From Candidatus Woesearchaeota archaeon (GTDB taxonomy: Archaea > Nanobdellota > Nanobdellia > Woesearchaeales > BM511): a stretch of DNA of 64,000 nucleotides. The DNA lies in NCBI GenBank assembly GCA_002867475.1, contig PKTL01000043.1:16192-80191 (forward strand), given 5' to 3'. The notes under the pieces are model-generated. The model saw only the letters and a list, made by a program, of their open reading frames with translations, searched no databases and was not told where the DNA came from. The translations under genes were made by a program, and so were the position numbers. Every line of letters starts with the position of its first letter. The stretch's first letter is position 1. Positions 29,669 to 40,721 of the stretch are shown piece by piece.

Positions 29669-32600
29669 GAACCAATAAAACCATAATCAAAATATTGATG
29701 ATTCTTCTAGTTAGTGTTATCTTTTCTCAAATAGGTTTGAGTTTTAATTTCAATTGCACTTCAGATAGTGTTCTAACAGAATTTAGTGGATCTGACACTG
29801 TGAATTGGATTATTGAAAATGATACTATATGTGAAAATGTATACATTGAACTTTCAAGAAATATTACAATAAGTACAAATGGAAGATTAGAATTTAGAAA
29901 TGTAACACTTGACATGAATGTTTTAGGAAATGATGGAAATATAGGAATAGAAGTTGAACCAAATAGCAATGGAATATTCATTTATGATTCAAGAATTCAA
30001 AGTATGACAGCTAATAATTATTTCTGGATTGTGAATCAAAGTTTTATAATGGATAGAACTAATGTAAGTAATTGTGGATATGCAATACCTAGCAATAACC
30101 CTGGAATAAATTTATTTTATGGAAATTCAAAAATTAATAATTCTAAAATAAATGAAGGTTTCATCAATTTATATATTAATTCAGAAAATAATACTATTGA
30201 GAATACACAAATATCAGATTCGAATTATTATCCAATCTTCTTTGCAACATCCAATAATAAAATAATAAATTCAAACATTACTAATGGAACAAGAGGTATT
30301 TATTTTGATTCTAATGTAAATAACATTACTATTAATAAAATAATTATAAAAGATATTTCTAGTTCCGCATATTATCTTGAATTCACTAATAATGACCAAA
30401 TATTAATTAATAATTCTATAATTAATATTACAAGTATAAATCATGGAATTTATGACTCGGCAAATACTTTAAAATTAACAATTATAAATTCGAAAATTGA
30501 TAATAATTTTGATAAAAAAAGTATCACAATAGATAACGAATTTTCAAATATTAAAATATATAATTCTACTATTGATAAAAATAAAATTACCATAACAGGA
30601 ACTCAAGCCAATATCACATTCAAGGAATATGTTAATTTTCATGTTAATGGATCTGATGGAGCTGATTATTTGAATGATGTTGTTGTGAAGTTATATGATA
30701 ATAGCACTAATTCATACGGACCAACAGCAAATTATACATTAACAACTGGAACACCCTATGATCCAGGTTACACTGCGATGCTTACAGTTATAGATATGAT
30801 AATGTATAATGGATATAACACCTCATACAGCCCATACAATGTTACATTCAACAAAACAGGTTATAAGTTCTATTGGAACAATAGTTATTTCTTCAACAAA
30901 TCAGAAACGCATTACGTAACCCTTGACCCAATAACACCTCTAACATGTGAGGGATTATTTTCTGATAATGGAAATGTTATAATCACTGAAGACTTAACTT
31001 GTGAAAACTTAACAATAATAGCACAAAACGTTACAGTCAACAACAGTGCAAGGTTGATATTGAAAAACACCACGCTAATAATAAATGAAACAGCCATAGG
31101 ACATCCATCAATAATCAATATAACAAATGAAGCAGCAGGTATTGAATTACAAAACAGTACGATAAAAGGTCTTAATGATAATGATTATGATTTTATATCT
31201 TATTCAAATACATTAATAAATCATAGTTTAATAAAAGATGTTGGCAGTTCAACAACTATAAATGGATTACATATATACACAAATAATGCGATTATCATAA
31301 ATTCTAGATTTGAAAATAATTATGAAGACCTAGTATTAAAAGGAGATAACTTTACATTAGAAAATCTTGAACTCATAAACTCATACAATAACGGAATAAG
31401 AATTGGAGCTGATTCATTTAATCCTTTAACAAATAGTAAATTCAAAAATATAAGTATAAATAGTTCAGGAAAAGGAATAATAATACAGGATAATTCAAAT
31501 AATCATTATTTTGAAAAATTATTTATAACAAATGATGAAATTGACACAGGAGAGGTATTAATATCCTTAAACAAAGCATATAATTTAACTTTTAATGATT
31601 CAATTTTTAACATATCACAATCTACTGGAAGCAGTGCATTTTCTATTGATTTTAATTCTGCTAATTTTACATTAATAAATTCAAAAATCTATAATCTTGG
31701 AGAAAGTGCAACCGAAATAAAACTCATTGGAAATTCATTTATTAATATAATAAACTCTTCTTTTGATAGATCAAAGATAGAATATGTTTCTTTCACAGGG
31801 AATATCTCTTTCTATGAATATATTAAATTTAAGATATATAATGACAGTGTCTATACAGAGGCGTTATTTGATGTTAACCTAACCTTGAAAGACAACATAT
31901 CCAAAAATGAAAAATATAATCTTACAACTGATGAAAGTGGTTACACAAACACCATTTTAGTTCTTGATGGAGTTGGAAACAGCTCATATGATGGAGTGCA
32001 TTATAATTATGCATACAGCCCTTATAATATAACCTTTGAAAAGGAAGGTTACATTACTAAAAACTTAACTTTCTACCTTAATGAATCAACAACTTTTGAA
32101 GCTAACATATCAATGATAGCTGAACCATCTTCAGATTACATTTTAGTGGAACTGATCAATCCTATAACTATAAGTGAGAACAAGACACCTACAGTTACGT
32201 TCAAGGTTAATGGGAGCATGACAGGATACTTTAATTGCTCATTAAGAACAAATATCACAGGTCATGATTATGAATATAATGAAAGTGTGGTAAATAATAC
32301 TCCTACAAGCCTAACCTTTGCTACTGACTTACCTACAGGATCCCATAAGTATTGGGTTAACTGCTCAAATAATGAGATAAATAATGTTTCAAATAACATA
32401 ACATTATTGATTGTTGAAGAGAACCCTTCAATAAACTTGTTAAGCCCAAAAAATAATAACGTAACAACAAATACTAGCCAAATATTCACTTTTAATTTCA
32501 CAGATACTTATTCAAGTACGGCAAACTGTTCGCTTATAATAAACGGATCCATATACAGGTATAACAGCACTGTTTTGAACAACACACCAACAGATATAAA

Positions 32601-35600
32601 CCAGGAATTAAGTATTGGAAACTATAACTGGACTATTAACTGTACAGACATATATGGTAATATTGGAAGCGATGATGGAAGAAACCTGACAATAGAAGCG
32701 TTAGATCAAACAGGACCAACACCGATAACCTATTCACCAACAACTGGCACAAGTAGAGAATATGATAAATACAGGCAAGATTATTTCAATGTTACATGGA
32801 CAGATATTAGTGGAATAGAAAATGTAAGAATCTATAATAATTTTTCAAATGGAATATGGAATAATTATGAAGTTTCTAACATCAGCAACTCATATTATTA
32901 TAATACCACTAATATCAAACCAGGAAGATATGCTTGGTATATGAATGCAAGTGATACAGAAGGAAACTCGAACTGGACAGGATACATAGATTATATAATA
33001 ACAAAAAGCACAAACGATCAATTGATATTAACAATAAATGGAACAGAATCAAGCACCCCATTTTTGCAAAGAAAAACTTCTCTTTGGATAAATGGTTCAA
33101 GCAATAACCAAGACATAGGATTGACACTTTTTGTAGATTATGAAAATTTGAGCTATGGAATAAATGTCAGCAACTTTTATTTTTTCAATGAATCAGGATT
33201 GAAGATTGTTAATTTAACAATGGATGCAAATGATAGATTTGAAATAACGAATAAAGTTCTTACAGTCCAAGTTAATGACACTATCCCTCCAGCAAAGATA
33301 AATAATCTTCAAGCAACCCACATAACTTATGATATGATAAACTGGACATGGACACTTCCATCAGGAGAGGATGATATCAATAAGGCTGAAGTTTGGATAG
33401 ATGGAGAGCTAGTTGAAAACATAACGAACCCTTATGGACAAACCTATTTCGATTACTCAACCACTCAAAACACACTTGTTAATATTAGTGTTAGACTAGT
33501 GGATGATTATAATAATACTGGCGAAGAATTTAATACGTCTAATAGGACATTAAGGATAAATTATGCTCCAACAACATACTTAGAAAAACCAGATAACAAC
33601 ACCCAGATAAATAATAGTTTGAGTGTTACTTTCAATTTCACAGCATATGATGAGCTTCCCATCTATTTAAATTGCTCATTAAAAGTTATGGATAATATAG
33701 ATAGTAATATAACAATCTTTAACTTATCAGCCTATAGCGGAACACCTAGAATCTATACAAATAGTTCAATATTTTCATATAATCATTCATACTCTTGGTC
33801 TGTGAACTGTACAGATGGTGAATATTATAATATCTCAGACACATATTATTTCAACATAGCAGACACTTTACCTCCTGCAAAGATAAATAATCTTACTAAC
33901 TTAACTGGAGACAGTTGGATATATATCACTTGGTACAATCCTTCTACTGATTTCAATCACACAGAAGTTTGGTTTAATGATTCATATTATGACACTTTTA
34001 ATGACACATATCAAACCTTAAACATTACAGGATTGGATGACAATACAATTTATAATTTTAACATCACAGCGTATGACATATATAATAATGGTAACACAAC
34101 ATTGTTTAATATAACTACTGAAGTTGGGGATTATTCTGCCCCCTATATCAACTATCCTCAAATGCCTGAAAGTGGAACAATAACAAATAATGAAAGCGTG
34201 ATTTTCAATATCACTGCAAGTGATGATTCAGGAGGAACAATATCCTGTAATCTTACAATATATAATTCATCATCAACCATGATTGAATCCCAAACATTGA
34301 ACATATTAAGCGGCACATATGGATCAACAACTGTAAATCTTCCTGATGGAGAATATCATTGGAATTTTACCTGTGTTGATTATGATAGCAATCAAGCAAA
34401 TAGCACAACCTACCTATTGACTGTTGATACAACTCCACCATTTTATAGCGACCTATGGAATAATACTGATGGAGGATCAACATTTAATGAATCATATGAT
34501 TATCTTTTCAAGATCAGATGGAATGATACGATTACAGAAATTACAAATGTTTGGTTCGAAAACAACTTAACAAATAATCCTCTAGTAAATAGCACACCTT
34601 CACAAAATGGAAACTTATACACATATTCACCATCTACACCTCTTAAGCCAGGAACATATGCATATAAATGGTATGCAAGAGACAATGCAAATAATTTCAA
34701 TAATACAGAACTATTCACATTCACAATCAATAAAGCTGAACCAGCCTTAATGCTAAAATTAGATGGATCAGAACAGAACATCACTTATCTTGAAAGAAAG
34801 GATAACGTGACAGTTTATGCAATGATCACTAAGCCTAGCACAGAAACAATAACTGTGACATTACAGAACAGCTCAGGAACTTTTAGCATAGATCAATATA
34901 CAACCTTGCAATTTAATGAAGTAGGAATCTCAAACATCACTGCATCTTTTGAAGGAAACGAAAATTACACATCAAAAAACATAACGTATTATGTGAATGT
35001 TTCTGATAATGTAGGGCCTGAAGATGTGGTTATAGATCAAACAGTTATTACTACTTCTTATTTTTTCATACAATGGAATGATTCAACATCTGATGATTTC
35101 AATCATACAGAAGTATTGATAGATAATATTAATTATGACCATGGAGCTGATACTTTTATTAACCTTAATACTCCATCAGAGACAGAATATGAAGTGCTTA
35201 TAAGACATTTTGATATATATGGAAATAATGGTTCATGGACAAATATCACAATAACTACATTATCAAACATTCCAAGTATAGAATTATTATATCCAACAGA
35301 TTATTTGCTCATAAGCAACATGAAATCTGTTAATCTAACATTCAATGTCACAGATGAATCAGATTATGTTAATTGCACAGCTTATATTTATGGAAGAACT
35401 AATACATCCTTCTCAAAAACATATAACAATCTCTACACACAGGTTGGAACCCCTTATACTTTCAATACAGGAGAAATATTAGAATATAACAATACCTATA
35501 ATTGGTCAGTAAATTGTAGCGATCCTTACAATTACAGTGTTTCAAACACCCAAGCTTTTGGTATTATAGATACAAATCCTCCAATAATATCAAACATCAA

Positions 35601-38600
35601 CATCTATAACATAACAGATTCCAGCGCGATAATCAATTGGACAACAAACGAACCTTCAAACTATAGCATTGAACTAAAAGACATTCCAAGAATAGACTTT
35701 TCAACACTTGATACAACTCATGCTAGACTGATAGAAGGATTATCACCTTCAACATATTATGATATCAACATAACAGCATGTGACCTATATAATAATTGCA
35801 TAAAAGATGATTCAAAAAATCTGACAACAACCAATTTCGTATATGATATTTCAGTATCTTTGATCAACCCAATAGCTGATGCTTGGATACCCTATAACAA
35901 CAACATAACTTTTAATTTTTCAGTGAATGGAAATGTTGAGATAATGAGCTGTAACCTATCTATTGATGATAACAGAAGCGAATACTTCAACAAGATAAAT
36001 ACAACAATAGAAAATTATAGTACAACCTTCTACAATCTAGAATTTAAATACCATAATTGGAGCGTTACCTGCAATCATTCTGATAATGTATGGAGCGATA
36101 TTAGATATTTCAACCTAACAAACGATTACGATAACGACACTTATAATATTGGAACAGGAACAAATGAAGACTGTGATGATACAAACCCAAATATACACCC
36201 AGGAGTTGCAGATAACACAGATGATAATATAGATAACGATTGTGATGGAGACATTGATGAAGATTATAGTCCACCAAGTTCTAGTGGAGGAGGAAGCGTA
36301 AGTTTGCCTCCTGAAGAAGAAATTATTGAAGAAGAACCAAAAAATGAAACCGTTGAAGAAATAATAAATGAAACAATTGAGATAACTGAAGAGATTCCAG
36401 GAATAATAAATGAGACAAATGAGACTTCTGTTTGGGATTTCATAAATGAAAGCATAAATTTGTTCAATGAAACAGATATACCTGAAGAGATAAATGAAAC
36501 TGTTGAAGAAATCAAAAATGAAACAATTGAAGAAATCATAAATGAAACAATAGTAATAGAAAATGATGATAACTCAACAGATACTGATGATGAGTTGGTT
36601 GAGAAAAATGAATCGATATTTGAACTTCCTTCAAAACTTGATCTTGAAACTCCAAAAAAGGAAGCTGAAACACCTGATGAGAAAAAGGAGAAATCCACTA
36701 GTTCAGGAATAACTGGAATAACTGATAGGATAGGTGTAAAAAAGGAATATTACCATAAAGAAAATAATACTGTCATAAATTTCACGATAAAAAATAAAGG
36801 TATAGTGCCTTACAAAAAACTTGGCATTTTCATAAATATACCAAAATTCATAGCTGAAAGCACTGATAAGATGATAGGTAATTTCTATATAATCAGAAAA
36901 GATCCACAGATAGCTTATGTTTTCACAAATTTTAGCGGAAAAACATCAAAGACTATAGAGTTTCAAATAAAAGACAGACTTCTTAGTGATGAAGAGATTG
37001 AAAAGATCACATACTATACTAATTCAGAGATATCAAAGGAATATGTAGATTCCTTGAAAAAGAAAGCAAACGAGACGTACGATGCTATTAAGATTAAAAA
37101 AGAGATAATCCAATATGATGATAAGACAGAGTTCACAATAGAGCTTGAACCTATAAACGAGACAGAGAACGTCACATTATATTTGGATATTCCTAAATGC
37201 TTAGCTGAAAAGATCGAAGAGATAGAATTCGAACTAGAAGATTATGAGATCCTTGATGATGACCCTTTAATAGCATTTAATTTTGCAACCCTAACTGACA
37301 CTAAAACCTTGAATTTTGAAGTGTTAAAAGCAATCGACCCAGATTGCTGGGAGCTAGTAAAAACCACACCGATCGCTGAAAAGATAAAAGATAAGATAAT
37401 TGTAAAAGATGAGAAAAGCATGTTCTTCTCTATTGGCATCCTTCTTTTTGTACTCTTATCTACACTATCATTCAACTATTTGCAAATGCAAAGCAAGAAA
37501 AAGCATGGTAAAGGAATATTAGAAAAACTTGAATTTGGAATGGTCGAAATAATCTTAATACTAATAATAACTCTTAACATAATGGATTTCTTCAAGCTTC
37601 TAAATCCGGATCTTGATTTTGCAAAAAAGATTCTTTCATGGTCTCTTCTTGGAATACTTCTATATGAAGCAAGGCTTGAAAAAATATTTTATGGCACTGA
37701 AAGAAGATTTGAAACCTTACTTTTAATTATCGCTAATTTCTTCATGTTCTCAAGAGTGTTTGTTGATGTAGTCTTTGTATTATATAATGAGATTGTTGAG
37801 AAAAGGCTTGATTCATATGTTATTCACCTATATCAATTCGTGATTGACTTTGAACTTTCCCACCCTGGATTAATTGTAAGCATCGGAAGCATCATAGGAT
37901 TTAGTATGTTAATAATCCTTTCCTTCCTTGATGTTTTCAAAAATGTGAAGAAACCGAGCCTGCTTGAAGTACTGCATGTTGATGGAAAACCGAAAGGAAT
38001 AGGACAAGGTATCAAGAGATTCCTTATAAGTATGATGCTTTACTTGACATTTTTCATAGTGTTCTTCAATTTCTTCATGGAATGGCTTGCTATAAGTGTT
38101 GATGCTGCATTGATGGTTGTTGCAATAGTAGTATATGGAATAAGGTTTATAGTTAAGCAATATCATCATTACCATGAGGATCATATAATAAACAAGATAG
38201 GTAATATAGGTGAAGAATTTTATGAACAGTTCATAAATCTTTTCAAGTACAAGCACACAGTTTTCTTTGGCCTTGCTGGAATACTTGTACTTCACTTAAT
38301 AGTTGATATTGGAAATTTCATAATGCCTTTCATATTCAATTTTGAAGACATGATGTATTTCATACAAAGCGGAGTACCACACTTAAGCCTTCTTCATATA
38401 CTGATGAATCTTTATAGCCAAGATATATTAGCAAACATTGTCATAACCCTAAATTATTTGCTAAATATAAGTTTCATAATAATGATTTTGATATTCCCAG
38501 CATACATCTGGTATGACACATATAAGAATCATATAATAAATTTTAGAAGGTGGATCGTCGCATTTTTTTACATCGCAGTATCTAACTATCTAATCTCCCC

Positions 38601-39204
38601 TCTAGTGAAACTATCAAGCATAAGCAATGCTGACATATTAGGTGTTGATCTAATATTCAAGTCAAGCGTTACAGGCGATCCTTTGATGACACTACTAATA
38701 AGCATAGGTGTTGGAATAGTTGCATTTATCCTATCTTATAATCTTATATTGAAAACAGTGATAAAACTCATTGGATTTATTCCCGTATTAATATTTATAA
38801 TGATATATGTCACTTATTATGTGAATAGTTGGATAAGCAATCTTTTCCCACAGATTGTTGCTGCTGTTGCTAGTGCTACTTTGATCAATCTTTTCCTAGG
38901 AATACTTATGAGCTTCTTCATGACTGCGATAGTCATATTCTACATAGGTTCATTCATATATTTCATAAAACTCATATACACTCAATGGTTCGTGAAAAAA
39001 TATGCTTTTGCACACCTTGCAAAAAAATACAAGGATGTTATAAAAGAGCACTGCAAGACAGATCAAGATAAGCAAGTGATCTATAAAGCGATAAAATACA
39101 TTGAGTATATGAGGAAAAGAGAAGTGTCTGACCTTGAGATTGAAGAAACTTTAGCAAATAAAGGTATGAAAGAAGAAGTGATAAAGGACATCATATACCT
39201 ATAA
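29665..39204 (+). CDS. Giant 3179-aa surface glycoprotein: beta-helix repeats, Ig/FN3-like repeats, MopE-like motif, acidic stalk, polytopic C-terminal membrane domain
   Basis: Signal peptide; Asn/Ile-rich beta-helix repeats; recurring NCS/W.VNCTD and DT.PP motifs; DCDDTNPNIHPG...DNDCDG; many N-x-S/T; many hydrophobic helices in last ~590 aa. Confidence 0.88.
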   Translation: MRTNKTIIKILMILLVSVIFSQIGLSFNFNCTSDSVLTEFSGSDTVNWIIENDTICENVYIELSRNITISTNGRLEFRNVTLDMNVLGNDGNIGIEVEPNSNGIFIYDSRIQSMTANNYFWIVNQSFIMDRTNVSNCGYAIPSNNPGINLFYGNSKINNSKINEGFINLYINSENNTIENTQISDSNYYPIFFATSNNKIINSNITNGTRGIYFDSNVNNITINKIIIKDISSSAYYLEFTNNDQILINNSIINITSINHGIYDSANTLKLTIINSKIDNNFDKKSITIDNEFSNIKIYNSTIDKNKITITGTQANITFKEYVNFHVNGSDGADYLNDVVVKLYDNSTNSYGPTANYTLTTGTPYDPGYTAMLTVIDMIMYNGYNTSYSPYNVTFNKTGYKFYWNNSYFFNKSETHYVTLDPITPLTCEGLFSDNGNVIITEDLTCENLTIIAQNVTVNNSARLILKNTTLIINETAIGHPSIINITNEAAGIELQNSTIKGLNDNDYDFISYSNTLINHSLIKDVGSSTTINGLHIYTNNAIIINSRFENNYEDLVLKGDNFTLENLELINSYNNGIRIGADSFNPLTNSKFKNISINSSGKGIIIQDNSNNHYFEKLFITNDEIDTGEVLISLNKAYNLTFNDSIFNISQSTGSSAFSIDFNSANFTLINSKIYNLGESATEIKLIGNSFINIINSSFDRSKIEYVSFTGNISFYEYIKFKIYNDSVYTEALFDVNLTLKDNISKNEKYNLTTDESGYTNTILVLDGVGNSSYDGVHYNYAYSPYNITFEKEGYITKNLTFYLNESTTFEANISMIAEPSSDYILVELINPITISENKTPTVTFKVNGSMTGYFNCSLRTNITGHDYEYNESVVNNTPTSLTFATDLPTGSHKYWVNCSNNEINNVSNNITLLIVEENPSINLLSPKNNNVTTNTSQIFTFNFTDTYSSTANCSLIINGSIYRYNSTVLNNTPTDINQELSIGNYNWTINCTDIYGNIGSDDGRNLTIEALDQTGPTPITYSPTTGTSREYDKYRQDYFNVTWTDISGIENVRIYNNFSNGIWNNYEVSNISNSYYYNTTNIKPGRYAWYMNASDTEGNSNWTGYIDYIITKSTNDQLILTINGTESSTPFLQRKTSLWINGSSNNQDIGLTLFVDYENLSYGINVSNFYFFNESGLKIVNLTMDANDRFEITNKVLTVQVNDTIPPAKINNLQATHITYDMINWTWTLPSGEDDINKAEVWIDGELVENITNPYGQTYFDYSTTQNTLVNISVRLVDDYNNTGEEFNTSNRTLRINYAPTTYLEKPDNNTQINNSLSVTFNFTAYDELPIYLNCSLKVMDNIDSNITIFNLSAYSGTPRIYTNSSIFSYNHSYSWSVNCTDGEYYNISDTYYFNIADTLPPAKINNLTNLTGDSWIYITWYNPSTDFNHTEVWFNDSYYDTFNDTYQTLNITGLDDNTIYNFNITAYDIYNNGNTTLFNITTEVGDYSAPYINYPQMPESGTITNNESVIFNITASDDSGGTISCNLTIYNSSSTMIESQTLNILSGTYGSTTVNLPDGEYHWNFTCVDYDSNQANSTTYLLTVDTTPPFYSDLWNNTDGGSTFNESYDYLFKIRWNDTITEITNVWFENNLTNNPLVNSTPSQNGNLYTYSPSTPLKPGTYAYKWYARDNANNFNNTELFTFTINKAEPALMLKLDGSEQNITYLERKDNVTVYAMITKPSTETITVTLQNSSGTFSIDQYTTLQFNEVGISNITASFEGNENYTSKNITYYVNVSDNVGPEDVVIDQTVITTSYFFIQWNDSTSDDFNHTEVLIDNINYDHGADTFINLNTPSETEYEVLIRHFDIYGNNGSWTNITITTLSNIPSIELLYPTDYLLISNMKSVNLTFNVTDESDYVNCTAYIYGRTNTSFSKTYNNLYTQVGTPYTFNTGEILEYNNTYNWSVNCSDPYNYSVSNTQAFGIIDTNPPIISNINIYNITDSSAIINWTTNEPSNYSIELKDIPRIDFSTLDTTHARLIEGLSPSTYYDINITACDLYNNCIKDDSKNLTTTNFVYDISVSLINPIADAWIPYNNNITFNFSVNGNVEIMSCNLSIDDNRSEYFNKINTTIENYSTTFYNLEFKYHNWSVTCNHSDNVWSDIRYFNLTNDYDNDTYNIGTGTNEDCDDTNPNIHPGVADNTDDNIDNDCDGDIDEDYSPPSSSGGGSVSLPPEEEIIEEEPKNETVEEIINETIEITEEIPGIINETNETSVWDFINESINLFNETDIPEEINETVEEIKNETIEEIINETIVIENDDNSTDTDDELVEKNESIFELPSKLDLETPKKEAETPDEKKEKSTSSGITGITDRIGVKKEYYHKENNTVINFTIKNKGIVPYKKLGIFINIPKFIAESTDKMIGNFYIIRKDPQIAYVFTNFSGKTSKTIEFQIKDRLLSDEEIEKITYYTNSEISKEYVDSLKKKANETYDAIKIKKEIIQYDDKTEFTIELEPINETENVTLYLDIPKCLAEKIEEIEFELEDYEILDDDPLIAFNFATLTDTKTLNFEVLKAIDPDCWELVKTTPIAEKIKDKIIVKDEKSMFFSIGILLFVLLSTLSFNYLQMQSKKKHGKGILEKLEFGMVEIILILIITLNIMDFFKLLNPDLDFAKKILSWSLLGILLYEARLEKIFYGTERRFETLLLIIANFFMFSRVFVDVVFVLYNEIVEKRLDSYVIHLYQFVIDFELSHPGLIVSIGSIIGFSMLIILSFLDVFKNVKKPSLLEVLHVDGKPKGIGQGIKRFLISMMLYLTFFIVFFNFFMEWLAISVDAALMVVAIVVYGIRFIVKQYHHYHEDHIINKIGNIGEEFYEQFINLFKYKHTVFFGLAGILVLHLIVDIGNFIMPFIFNFEDMMYFIQSGVPHLSLLHILMNLYSQDILANIVITLNYLLNISFIIMILIFPAYIWYDTYKNHIINFRRWIVAFFYIAVSNYLISPLVKLSSISNADILGVDLIFKSSVTGDPLMTLLISIGVGIVAFILSYNLILKTVIKLIGFIPVLIFIMIYVTYYVNSWISNLFPQIVAAVASATLINLFLGILMSFFMTAIVIFYIGSFIYFIKLIYTQWFVKKYAFAHLAKKYKDVIKEHCKTDQDKQVIYKAIKYIEYMRKREVSDLEIEETLANKGMKEEVIKDIIYL

Positions 39205-40101
39205 ATCTAATTTATTTAACATATTGAAAGTTTCTTTATCAAATCTAGAAAAAGCAAACCACTTCTTTCCAAGATCTTTAAGTGATGCTCCAAAATGAAA
39301 CACTTCTTTTTCATCTATGATTAAAAACCTATCATGTGAATCTTTAAATTCCTTAATTTCTATATTTGGATTTTGAGAATTATATTTTTTTAGGTCAAGA
39401 ATTAATTTCTTTGTTAAATTTTTTGTTAAAATAGTTGCTTTAACATTTTTATCTCTTTTACTTAAAATAGTTAAAACAGAATCATCAATGTAATTATCTA
39501 TTAATATTATTGATTTATTAGCACTTCTAATAATATCAGATACTAATTTATATGCATCAAAAATTTCTCCATCATAAAATATTCATTTATTTAAATTAAT
39601 ATTATTATTTTCTAATTTACTAAATATTTCCTTAAAATTTTTATCATGAATCAATTGCTTTGATTCAATATGATCTAATCTATTATTAATATTAAAATTA
39701 TTTGATATGATTTTTCTTAATTCTACAAAAGTATCTATTATTTGAAGACTTACAGTTATTGCAACTTTACTTCTTAAAACAGAAGAAAGCATAGCAACAC
39801 CTTGTTCTGTAAAAACATAAGGAAGAGAACCACCCAACTGCTGGTTAGAAGGTATCGCAAAATGCGATACCTTTTCTTTTGTGATCACAGATTGTGACCT
39901 TAAATTTTCAATTTCTTCTAAAGTTAATTGAAACATAAATCTTGAAGGAAACCTTTCAATATTTCTTTTTACTTGTTCTCTAATACGGATGGGTTTTACT
40001 TGATATAATTCTGCTAAATCCTTATCAAACATTACTTGTTTTCCCCTTATTTTATAAATTTTATTTTTTATATTATTCTCTAATATGATTTCATTAATCA
40101 T
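39199..40101 (-). pseudogene. ORF6N-domain DNA-binding gene with in-frame TGA at 39583..39585
   Basis: IRGKQVMFDKDLAELY, FTEQGVAMLSSVL; frame continues after TGA as IFYDGEIFDAY...IDNYID...HDRFLIID...HFGASLKDLGKKWFAF to TAG at 39199. Confidence 0.85.
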
Positions 40102-40122
40102 ATGATTTTACAAGAAACCTTG

Positions 40123-40152
40123 TTTAAAAGCCTCACTTGAGAATGTCCACTG
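40123..40152 (-). promoter_or_regulatory. CAGTGGACAT-N14-TTTAAA promoter motif, copy C (further TCCAGTG copies at 40161-40172 and 40202-40208)
   Basis: + strand tttaaa-agcctcacttgaga-atgtccactg; 21 nt before ATG 40101. Confidence 0.65.
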
Positions 40153-40216
40153 ATATTTTTTGTCCAGTGGACGTCTGAATTATTTCATAATTCATGAAAG
40201 TTCCAGTGTCTAGTGA

Positions 40217-40612
40217 CTATAAATCCATGACCATTATCACATGATCATCTGCATATTCGAAGTCATTATAAGTTATTGCTTTTATGTGCCCATGGGTTTC
40301 GTAGTTCTTGTATGAATCGCCAACTACTGTTGCTTTCACATTATTATCTTTTACTTCAATGCTTAAAACTTTATTCAATACGAAATCTTCAACGTCATGA
40401 TAATATAATAGTTCATCAAGAAAATCATATAGTAAGCCTCGTAGATTCTTTGCTTCAACTTCAATAGATATCTCTTTTACTGGTTTAACCTCTTTAGGAT
40501 TCACGATTATTCCAAACATTGCATATGCACAGTTCTCAAACTTCTCAGAGTCATTTCTTCCATATGCTTTGAACTTTGCGTCAGCAGTATGAGTCAAGTA
40601 TTCATATCTCAT
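40217..40612 (-). CDS. Archease
   Basis: YEYLTHTAD..F.AYG, FLDELLY, IKAITY, C-terminal DL. Confidence 0.93.
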   Translation of the reverse strand: MRYEYLTHTADAKFKAYGRNDSEKFENCAYAMFGIIVNPKEVKPVKEISIEVEAKNLRGLLYDFLDELLYYHDVEDFVLNKVLSIEVKDNNVKATVVGDSYKNYETHGHIKAITYNDFEYADDHVIMVMDL

Positions 40613-40721
40613 CAATAAAAGAAAAAGAGAACCTTATTTAAAAAATATTGGATTGTGTATTTCTTATTTTTCTCAATAAATACAGAAATCTTTATAAAAA
40701 CAAATTGGAAACTTAATCTTC

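Noticed and set aside
39583-39585. Genome-wide TGA=Gly recoding
   Set aside because: TGA terminates conserved genes here (L40e, fba, Nif3, ABC ATPase).
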